From Bacteroidales bacterium (GTDB lineage: Bacteria > Bacteroidota > Bacteroidia > Bacteroidales > F082), in contig JAKSMU010000010.1 in assembly GCA_024400455.1 (NCBI GenBank), positions 9,209 to 73,208 on the forward strand: 64,000 bases of DNA, written 5' to 3'. The translations under genes and the position numbers were made by a program. The notes below the pieces were generated by a model that was given only the letters and a program-made list of their open reading frames with translations, made no database searches and was not told where the DNA came from. How positions within the stretch are numbered: position 1 is the first letter of the stretch; the number at the start of each line of letters is the position of its first letter. Below are positions 56,619-64,000 of this stretch, piece by piece.

Positions 56619-58436
56619 ATGGAGAATTTTGTCGTATCTGCAAGAAAGTATAGACCAGCGACTTTTGACACCGTCGTGGGGCAAGAGTCCATCACATCGA
56701 CCTTGAAAAACGCCATCCGCAACAACACTTTGGCACAGGCTTTCCTGTTTTGCGGTCCGCGCGGCGTGGGCAAAACCACCTGCGCCCGTATCATGGCCAA
56801 GACCATCAACTGCCTCCACCCGACCGAAACGCTTGAGGCCTGCAACGAATGTGAATCGTGCAAAGCCTTCAACAACAACGCTTCGTTCAACATCTACGAA
56901 CTCGATGCCGCATCAAACAACTCGGTGGAAGACATCAGAAGCCTTGTCGAGCAGGTGCGCATCCCCCCGCAAATCGGTCAGTATAAGGTCTATATCATCG
57001 ATGAGGTTCACATGCTTTCATCGGCAGCTTTCAACGCTTTCCTGAAGACCTTGGAAGAGCCGCCCGCGTATGCCAAATTCATTTTGGCCACGACCGAAAA
57101 ACACAAAATCATTCCTACCATTCTTTCCCGTTGCCAGATTTTCGACTTCAAGCGCATCACCGTTGAGGACATCGCGAAACATCTCGCTTTCGTCGCCTCG
57201 AGCGAAGGCATCACCGCCGAACCCGAAGCACTCAACATCATCGCCCAAAAAGCCGATGGCGCCTTGCGCGACGCACTCTCCATTTTCGACCAAATGGTCA
57301 GTTTCTCGGGCAAAAACATCACCTACAAGGATGTCATCGAGAACCTCAACGTGCTGGATTACGACTATTATTTCAAAATCGTCGACGACATTCTGCAAGG
57401 CAACACGACCGACATTCTGCTCCTGCTCAACGACATCATCAGCAAAGGCTTTGAGCCGCAGCATTTCATCGGCGGATTGGGCAACCATTTGAGAAGCCTC
57501 TTGGTGAGCAAGGATGTCGCCACCGTGCAACTGTTGGAAATCAGCGAACAATTGCGGCAGCGCTACATTCAGCAAGCCGCCGTTTGCCAGATGCCATTCC
57601 TGCTGAGAGCTTTGGACATCAACAACCAATGCGACATCAATTACCGCAGCGCCAACAACAAGCGCCTGCATTTGGAAATCGCACTGCTGAAGATGTGTTC
57701 GCTCTGCTCGCAAGCCTTGAACATGCCCGAACCGACGAACAATGCGAAGCCTGCGATGAATCCATCACAACCGCAAGCAAGACCCGCTGCTCAACCACAA
57801 GCACAACCATCGGTTCAGCCACAACCGGTCCAGCAACCCATTCAACAAAGACAATATACACAACAGCCTACTGCGACACAGCAACCCGTCCAACAGGCAC
57901 AGCCCGCTCCACAGCCAACCGCTACACCACAGCCAACTGCTGCACCACAAACGCAAAACCAGCAGCCCACTCCAACGGCAACCCGTCCGAGAGGCGTAAG
58001 GAGTTCCATTTCAATTTTGGGCGCCATGGAACATGCCGCCCAAAAAGAGGAAGGTCCTGAAGAGACTTGGGACAATCCTTTCACGCAAGCACAATTGGAA
58101 ACGGTTTGGGTTGATTTTGTGGAAAAACACAGAAACGTTTCTCCGAGTTTTGCCGCCAGTATTGGTAAATACAAACCCACCCTGGGAGCAAATTTCGAGA
58201 TTCATTTCCCAGTCGACAACCTGCTGTTCGAACGCGAAACCGAAAGCATGGCCGCCCTTAAAACGCATTTAAAGAACACATTACATAATAATCAATACAA
58301 ACTCATTCCCGAAGTTCAAGAAAAGCCCGCCGAGATTGATGCCTATACCGACAAGGACAAATTCGAGAAAATGGCGCAAGCCAACCCGATGCTGCGCATG
58401 ATGCAGGCGGAACTCAAACTTGAAGGAGATTTATGA
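56619..58436 (+). CDS. dnaX: DNA polymerase III subunit gamma/tau
   Basis: ARKYRPATFDTVVGQE, the Walker A motif GPRGVGKTTCARI, the zinc module CNECESC, YIIDEVHMLS and SRCQIFDF. 605 aa with a P/Q-rich linker. Confidence 0.93.
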   Translation: MENFVVSARKYRPATFDTVVGQESITSTLKNAIRNNTLAQAFLFCGPRGVGKTTCARIMAKTINCLHPTETLEACNECESCKAFNNNASFNIYELDAASNNSVEDIRSLVEQVRIPPQIGQYKVYIIDEVHMLSSAAFNAFLKTLEEPPAYAKFILATTEKHKIIPTILSRCQIFDFKRITVEDIAKHLAFVASSEGITAEPEALNIIAQKADGALRDALSIFDQMVSFSGKNITYKDVIENLNVLDYDYYFKIVDDILQGNTTDILLLLNDIISKGFEPQHFIGGLGNHLRSLLVSKDVATVQLLEISEQLRQRYIQQAAVCQMPFLLRALDINNQCDINYRSANNKRLHLEIALLKMCSLCSQALNMPEPTNNAKPAMNPSQPQARPAAQPQAQPSVQPQPVQQPIQQRQYTQQPTATQQPVQQAQPAPQPTATPQPTAAPQTQNQQPTPTATRPRGVRSSISILGAMEHAAQKEEGPEETWDNPFTQAQLETVWVDFVEKHRNVSPSFAASIGKYKPTLGANFEIHFPVDNLLFERETESMAALKTHLKNTLHNNQYKLIPEVQEKPAEIDAYTDKDKFEKMAQANPMLRMMQAELKLEGDL

Positions 58437-58461
58437 TTTCAATCAATTAAATATCAATATA

Positions 58462-60495
58462 ATGAAGAAAACATTAGCAGCCATGATGATTTTATGCACA
58501 GTGGCAACAGGTTGCTCGCAGAAGGGCAACGAACCGGCAGAGACCAAAGTCCCCGCCATCGACACAGCCAACATGGATTTGAGCATCAAGCCGGGAGACG
58601 ACTTCTTCCGCTATGCCAACAACAAGTGGTTACAAAACAACCCGATTCCTGAAGAATACACCACCTACGGTGCCTTCACCGAACTCGACCAGCGCAACGA
58701 GCTGCAGATTCAGGAAATCATCAACGAAGTCAGCAACGACAGCACCGCCACCGAAGGCAGCGTGGCGCAGAAAATCCGCGACTTCTACAACGCAGGTATG
58801 GACACCGTGGCCATCGAAGCACGCGGTTACAGCGAACTGCTCCCTTACTTTGAAAAAGTCGATGCCATCACCGACAAAGCCGACTTGGCCGAACTCATCG
58901 GTTACATGCACGCACAAGGTTTCGGCGGTTTCTTCGGTGCAGGAACCGGCAGCGACCCGAAACAAGCCGACATGGTCATCATGCACGCTATGCAAGGCGG
59001 TCTCAGCCTGCCTGACCGCGACGATTACTTTGATGAAAGCTCAAAGGAAATGCGTGAGAAGTATGTCGAACACGTCGCCAACATGTTCAAGCTCATTGGC
59101 ACCGATGCCGAAACAGCAGCAAACATGGCCAACAACATTCTCGCTTTTGAGACCCGTCTCGCCGAAAAATCACTGACCCGCGTTGAACGCCGCGACCCTG
59201 ACCGCACCTATAATAAGATGACGCTCGCCGAATTCCAAGCTTCAACGCCAGTATTCAATTGGGGTAATTATTTCAATGCCGTCGGCGCTCCTGCTTTCGA
59301 CAGCCTCAATGTCGGCATGCCTGAATTTTTCGTTGGTCTCAACAGCAACATCCTCAACAGCGACCTTCAGGTCATTAAGGATTATCTGAAATGGAAGCTC
59401 CTGCACAGCAGCGCAAGCCAGCTCAGTTCCGACCTCGACAAAGAGACCTTCAATTTCTACAGCAACTACCTTTACGGCCAAGAAGTGCAGCAGCCACGCT
59501 GGCGCCGCATCCTCAATGCCACATCAGATTGCTTGGGCGAAGCAGTCGGTCAAATCTATGTTGAGAAATATTTCCCGGCAGCCGCCAAGGAAAGAATGGA
59601 AAACCTCGTCGCCAACCTGAAGACTGCCCTCGGCGAACGCATCAAAGTCCTCGACTGGATGTGCGACGACACCAAGGCCCTTGCCCTTCACAAGCTGGAC
59701 TGCATGAACGTGAAAGTCGGCTATCCAAACAAATGGGAAGATTACAGTGATTACACCGTAACAAGTGAATCATACTTCCAGAACATCTGCAATGCCTGTG
59801 TCTTCAACAACAAGAAAGACATGGCCAAACTCGGCAAACCTGTCGACAAGGAAGAATGGTTCATGCCTCCGCAAACCGTCAATGCATATTACAGCCCTGA
59901 CAGGAACGAAATCGTTTTCCCAGCTGGCATTCTGCAAGCACCTTTCTTCAGCCAGGATGCTGACGATGCCGTCAACTACGGTGGCATCGGTGTGGTCATC
60001 GGCCACGAAATGACTCACGGTTTCGACGACCAAGGCCGCAAATACGATGAAAAAGGCAACCTCAACGACTGGTGGACAGAAGAAGACGCTGCCAATTTCA
60101 AGGATCGCACACAGCGCCTCGTCGAACTCTTCAACGAATTCGAACTCCGCGGCAACCACATCAATGGCGAACTCACCCTGGGTGAAAACATCGCTGACCT
60201 CGGCGGTTTGAACATCGCTTGGGACGCCTATCAGATAACCGAAGAAGCACAACGCAGCGAAAGCATCGACAACTTCACCCCTGCTCAGCGTTTCTTCATC
60301 AGCTACGCCACCATCTGGCGTAACAACATCCGCGACAAGGCCCTCGAACGCCGCATCAAGGAAGATGTACACTCACCGGCGGAAGCCCGCGTCAACCGCG
60401 CACTCGGCAGCATGCCTCACTTCTACGAAGCATTTGAATGCACAGAAGGTGACAAGATGTATATTGCTCCTGAAAACCGCGCAAAGATCTGGTAA
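58462..60495 (+). CDS. pepO: M13-family zinc metallopeptidase (PepO / endothelin-converting-enzyme-like) lipoprotein
   Basis: The ATG at 58462 gives MKKTLAAMMILCTVATGCSQ (lipobox). HExxH motif VIGHEMTHGFD, plus GENIADLGG and NAYY. 677 aa. Confidence 0.9.
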   Translation: MKKTLAAMMILCTVATGCSQKGNEPAETKVPAIDTANMDLSIKPGDDFFRYANNKWLQNNPIPEEYTTYGAFTELDQRNELQIQEIINEVSNDSTATEGSVAQKIRDFYNAGMDTVAIEARGYSELLPYFEKVDAITDKADLAELIGYMHAQGFGGFFGAGTGSDPKQADMVIMHAMQGGLSLPDRDDYFDESSKEMREKYVEHVANMFKLIGTDAETAANMANNILAFETRLAEKSLTRVERRDPDRTYNKMTLAEFQASTPVFNWGNYFNAVGAPAFDSLNVGMPEFFVGLNSNILNSDLQVIKDYLKWKLLHSSASQLSSDLDKETFNFYSNYLYGQEVQQPRWRRILNATSDCLGEAVGQIYVEKYFPAAAKERMENLVANLKTALGERIKVLDWMCDDTKALALHKLDCMNVKVGYPNKWEDYSDYTVTSESYFQNICNACVFNNKKDMAKLGKPVDKEEWFMPPQTVNAYYSPDRNEIVFPAGILQAPFFSQDADDAVNYGGIGVVIGHEMTHGFDDQGRKYDEKGNLNDWWTEEDAANFKDRTQRLVELFNEFELRGNHINGELTLGENIADLGGLNIAWDAYQITEEAQRSESIDNFTPAQRFFISYATIWRNNIRDKALERRIKEDVHSPAEARVNRALGSMPHFYEAFECTEGDKMYIAPENRAKIW

Positions 60496-61064
60496 TGAGT
60501 ATCAGAAGAGCAATAGGAAAATTTGGATTATGGGTTGGCGGCTGGAAAGCCGTCAACTCCATACCCAATGACATCCGCAAATGCGTTTGCATAGTTGCGC
60601 CACACACTTCAATGGAAGACTTTTTTGTCGGATGGGCATTCTTCTGGTCGCAAGACCTACACTTTAAAATGATGATGAAGGCTGAATTCTTCAAATACCC
60701 GATTCTCAGAGGCATTTTGCTGAAACTCGGCGGAATCCCAGTCAATCGTGGCCATCGCAACAACCTCGTCGAGCAAATGGTCGACATGTTCAGCAAGAAC
60801 GATGAAGTGTTCCTTGTCATTTGCCCTGAAGCCACGCGCAAGAAAGTCAACCAATGGAAACGCGGTTTCTATTACATTGCCGAAGGCGCTCAGATGCCAA
60901 TCGTCTTAGGATTTGAAGATTTCCAAAAGAAAAGATGCGGCTTCGATAAAGTGATAATTCCATCGGGAGATTACGAAAAAGACTTAGCTGAAATCTGGGA
61001 TTACTACAAGGACGTGAAGGCTAAGTTCCCTGAAAAGTTTAATCTGGATGAACAATATCGATAA
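60495..61064 (+). CDS. PlsC-like acyltransferase (1-acyl-sn-glycerol-3-phosphate acyltransferase family)
   Basis: HX4D motif in VAPHTSMEDFF, plus ICPEATR. Its ATG overlaps the pepO stop (TAATG). Confidence 0.75.
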   Translation: MSIRRAIGKFGLWVGGWKAVNSIPNDIRKCVCIVAPHTSMEDFFVGWAFFWSQDLHFKMMMKAEFFKYPILRGILLKLGGIPVNRGHRNNLVEQMVDMFSKNDEVFLVICPEATRKKVNQWKRGFYYIAEGAQMPIVLGFEDFQKKRCGFDKVIIPSGDYEKDLAEIWDYYKDVKAKFPEKFNLDEQYR

Positions 61065-61098
61065 TTTAGCTGTTAGTCATTAACACTTCACAAAATAA

Positions 61099-62556
61099 AT
61101 GATTGATTTACAGACCAAAATACACGACAAATTCACCTTGGAATTCAAGGTAGGGTTCATTGCGAAGGAAAACCAGAACTTTTTGAAGGTCAATGACTTT
61201 GTGATGAACACTTGGATTTTCGTGCCTAACAGTCTCGACATCAACAAAAGCAAGTATTCGAAAGAGAACTTCTACCGCGACATCAAGTCCGGCGTGAGGC
61301 TCATCACACCGAGCTATCTGCTGCACGACCTGGCCAACGACGACACTTTACTACCCTACCAATTGCTTGAGACAAACGTCAAGGCAATTCAAGACGATGC
61401 CGAAAGCCATGACACATTGCTTCACGCCATCAAAATGTATTGCGCCATTTCGAAAAGCTCAACACGCGAAGCCTACAATGCCATCACGAAAAGCAAAGGC
61501 TCAAATCTACATTCGCAAGCAATTGACTTTCTGAATGATGCGCCAAAAGTGCTTTCAAAATTCCGTAAGCTAAAAGACCAGCTTGATGAAAAAACAGACC
61601 AACAGATTCAGCAAGCATTTCGATATGGCGATGAGTTTCTGAGCAATATTCTGGAGCAATATGGCTATCGGTTGCGTGAATTTGTCAGAATTAATCATGC
61701 AGCAGAATACCAACAGCTTGAACCGATTTTCAAGAAGACACTTATCGCTGAAAAAGAATACAAAAGCGCACAAAACTACCTACGCATACATCGCGAAAGC
61801 GACGACGGCAACAGCCGTTTCGTCTACCACGCCAGTCTGCTGAAGAAATTCGCTGAAAGCGACCTTTTCCTTCAGGCCAACAAGAGCCACAATACTTTCC
61901 TCATCGAGCAGATTTTCTACAGTGCAGCCGCTGGCGTCGCCATGATTTTCGCCACGGTAGCATCGTTCTTTTTCCAGCAGAAATACGGTAACTTTACTTT
62001 CCCATTTTTAGTCGCCTTGGTCATCAGCTACATGTTTAAGGACAGACTAAAAGACTGGTTGAGATTGATTTTCGCCAAGCGTCTCAGTTCAAAAATCTAC
62101 GACACAAAGACAGTTTTCCGCATCAACAAGCAGAAAATCGGCTGGACCAAAGACAGTTTCGATTTCGTTGAGGGCGACAAAGTGCCCCAAGAAGTGTTCG
62201 CCGCTCGACAACGCACCCAACTTTTCAACATGGTAAGCGGCAACGACGAAAAAATCATTCTCTATAGGAAAAAAGTACAACTTAACCGCGACCAACTCGC
62301 CAAAGCAAGTCCCTACCCGCTCAACGGCATCAACGACAACATCCGTCTCAACATCACGGAATTCCTGCGCAAGATGGACAATCCCGACATTCCGCTGCAA
62401 GCATCGTGGGAAGACACCAACTATTCCGTCATCGTCGGAAAGAAAGTGTATTACATCCATTTTGTGATTCAATGCTCCTTTGAAGGACAGACCGAATACA
62501 AGCACATTACATTGGCCTGCAACCGCGACGGCATTGTAGAAGTGAAGGAAATATAA
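61099..62556 (+). CDS. Membrane protein of unknown function (485 aa)
   Basis: Clean ORF. Two adjacent hydrophobic helices (IFYSAAAGVAMIFATVASFFF and FTFPFLVALVISYMF) are flanked by large soluble regions. I recognise no motif. Confidence 0.7.
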   Translation: MIDLQTKIHDKFTLEFKVGFIAKENQNFLKVNDFVMNTWIFVPNSLDINKSKYSKENFYRDIKSGVRLITPSYLLHDLANDDTLLPYQLLETNVKAIQDDAESHDTLLHAIKMYCAISKSSTREAYNAITKSKGSNLHSQAIDFLNDAPKVLSKFRKLKDQLDEKTDQQIQQAFRYGDEFLSNILEQYGYRLREFVRINHAAEYQQLEPIFKKTLIAEKEYKSAQNYLRIHRESDDGNSRFVYHASLLKKFAESDLFLQANKSHNTFLIEQIFYSAAAGVAMIFATVASFFFQQKYGNFTFPFLVALVISYMFKDRLKDWLRLIFAKRLSSKIYDTKTVFRINKQKIGWTKDSFDFVEGDKVPQEVFAARQRTQLFNMVSGNDEKIILYRKKVQLNRDQLAKASPYPLNGINDNIRLNITEFLRKMDNPDIPLQASWEDTNYSVIVGKKVYYIHFVIQCSFEGQTEYKHITLACNRDGIVEVKEI

Positions 62557-62571
62557 ACCGAAACACCAACC

Positions 62572-64000
62572 TTACCGTTTTTCCTCTAATCTAATGTCGT
62601 CCGACGATGTTCCCACCATAAAGGTGAATTCGCCAGACTCGAAATGCCAACCCTTTTCGGTGGAATAAACGGACAAATCACTTTCGGAAAGCGTGAAGGA
62701 CACCAAGACAGTTTCACCTTTATTAATATGCACCCTTTGGAATCCCTTCAGCAATTTTGAAGGCGGCGTAAGAGAAGCCACCTCATCACGGACATAAAGT
62801 TGAACCACCTCATCACCGTCGCAGTTTCCTATGTTCTTTACTGAACACGAGACGACGAACAGCGAATCAGTATTATCGAGGTTCTCAACAATCTGCAAGT
62901 CACCATATTCAAATTCAATGTAACTCAAGCCATAGCCAAACGGATAAAGTGGCTTTGAGCTTCCTTCCACATAATCGGAACAAGCTGGTTGGGAATAATA
63001 CACAGGGAGTTGTCCCACATTACGCGGCACAGAAATCGGCAAGCGTCCTGAAGGATTGTATTCGCCCCAAAGGATGTCGGCCAAAGCCGAGCCACCTTCC
63101 ATTCCGGGATACCAAAGCGTCAGCAAGGCATTGGCTTTCTCGGCAGCGAGGTTCATGTTCAGCGGACGACCTTCGATATAGACCACTACAATAGGTTTCC
63201 CCGTTGCCAAGATGCGCTCCATCAGCTCGGTTTGTCGTCCAAGCAAATCCAAAGTGCAGCGGTCGTAGCCTTCGCCACATTCCATATCGGAGATATGGTC
63301 ATCGACGATGGCTGCACCAGTGTCTTCGTAACTTGTCTTGAAATCGCGTGCCGACGATCCGCCAACCACAAGTACTACTGCATCAGCCGATTGGGCTGCC
63401 TTAACGGCCAATTCAATGTCGGCATCCGATTCATCACGCACTGAACAGCCTTTGGCATAAACCACCTCTGCCCTGCCCTTTTCGCGTATGCCTTCCAACA
63501 TCGTGACGATTCTGTCAGGGTCTTGCGGAGCTGTATAGTCGCCCAACTGATTGTACATGTTATCGGCATTCGGGCCGATGACAGCGACTTTTCTGATGTC
63601 TTCACCAAAAGGCAAAACGCCATCGTTTTTGAGCAACACAGCCGATTCAAGTGCAACCTGCTTTGCCAATTGCGCATTTTCAGCCGAACCGACATTTTGT
63701 TCTGCAAGATACTCGTCAACATACGGATTATCGAACAGACCCAAGTCGTATTTCAATTGCAAGACATGACGCACCGCACGGTCAATGTCAGCTTCAGAAA
63801 TCAATCCACGATGCAAAGCCTCTTTCAGAAAACCGCCGTAACTATATGCACCAAGATCAATATCGACACCGGCTTTCAATGCCAATGCAGCAGCCTCAAC
63901 CGGGTCGGCCGCCACATGATGCGTAGCATACATGGCATTGATGGCATTCAAATCAGCGAAAACAACGCCCTTAAACTGCCACGACTCGCGCAATATCTCT
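62572..64000 (-). CDS. Glycoside hydrolase family 3 (beta-glucosidase/beta-xylosidase-like), C-terminal part only; the N-terminus lies beyond the window end
   Basis: GH3 C-terminal domain features: VAVIGPNAD, VLVVGGSS, CGEGYDRCTLDL, GRQTELM, PIVVVYIEGRP, WYPGMEGG and GRLPISVPR. A C-terminal Fn3-like domain follows (FGYGLSY...VQLYV). The frame stays open to position 64000. Confidence 0.88.
   Translation of the reverse strand, partial: EILRESWQFKGVVFADLNAINAMYATHHVAADPVEAAALALKAGVDIDLGAYSYGGFLKEALHRGLISEADIDRAVRHVLQLKYDLGLFDNPYVDEYLAEQNVGSAENAQLAKQVALESAVLLKNDGVLPFGEDIRKVAVIGPNADNMYNQLGDYTAPQDPDRIVTMLEGIREKGRAEVVYAKGCSVRDESDADIELAVKAAQSADAVVLVVGGSSARDFKTSYEDTGAAIVDDHISDMECGEGYDRCTLDLLGRQTELMERILATGKPIVVVYIEGRPLNMNLAAEKANALLTLWYPGMEGGSALADILWGEYNPSGRLPISVPRNVGQLPVYYSQPACSDYVEGSSKPLYPFGYGLSYIEFEYGDLQIVENLDNTDSLFVVSCSVKNIGNCDGDEVVQLYVRDEVASLTPPSKLLKGFQRVHINKGETVLVSFTLSESDLSVYSTEKGWHFESGEFTFMVGTSSDDIRLEEKR

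Noticed and set aside
57018-57713. A 231-aa minus-strand ORF, plus several smaller ORFs, inside dnaX.
   Set aside because: They are antisense or off-frame to dnaX, which has unambiguous clamp-loader motifs.
57235-58045. Whether CAAAAAG stretches in dnaX (near 57244 and 58037) are programmed -1 frameshift sites for a gamma subunit.
   Set aside because: In the zero frame they read CAA-AAA-G.., not the A-AAA-AAG slippery heptamer, and I see no obvious downstream stem-loop. There is not enough evidence to claim this.

Overview
Chromosomal window from a Bacteroidota genome. It looks Prevotella-like because three proteins carry T9SS type-A C-terminal sorting domains, TAnnTTTG promoter boxes sit 15-60 nt upstream of many starts, and there are interpain-like C10 proteases. 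The window is dominated by one uninterrupted 28-kb minus-strand gene (1690..29709, 9,339 aa). Its product has a signal peptide and an Fn3/jelly-roll head. This is followed by 15 tandem, diverged right-handed beta-helix modules (about 20 kb), about 9 CARDB-like Ig domains, PPC-like and IPT/TIG-like domains, and a C-terminal tail that is not a recognisable T9SS sorting domain. Directly upstream, in the same orientation, are a T9SS-cargo protein with InlB-B-type repeats, a TPR sensor histidine kinase (ATGA start/stop overlap with the cargo gene) and a NarL/LuxR-type response regulator. Directly downstream are an unknown 432-aa lipoprotein (14-nt gap) and a further secreted protein that runs off the window. 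I treat this roughly 34-kb co-directional block as the candidate novel system. The rest of the window (34.6-64 kb) is ordinary core genome: arcC, a Ca2+ P-type ATPase, pepE, a MazG-like NTP pyrophosphohydrolase, an amidohydrolase, tRNA-Arg(ACG) and tRNA-Glu(CTC), two tandem T9SS-secreted C10 cysteine proteases, an NSS transporter operon, upp, a deacetylase/GNAT pair, dnaX, an M13 peptidase, a PlsC-like acyltransferase, an unknown membrane protein and a partial GH3. I saw no CRISPR array, transposase, integrase, rRNA or reverse transcriptase. All domain assignments come from motif reading by eye; no searches were run.
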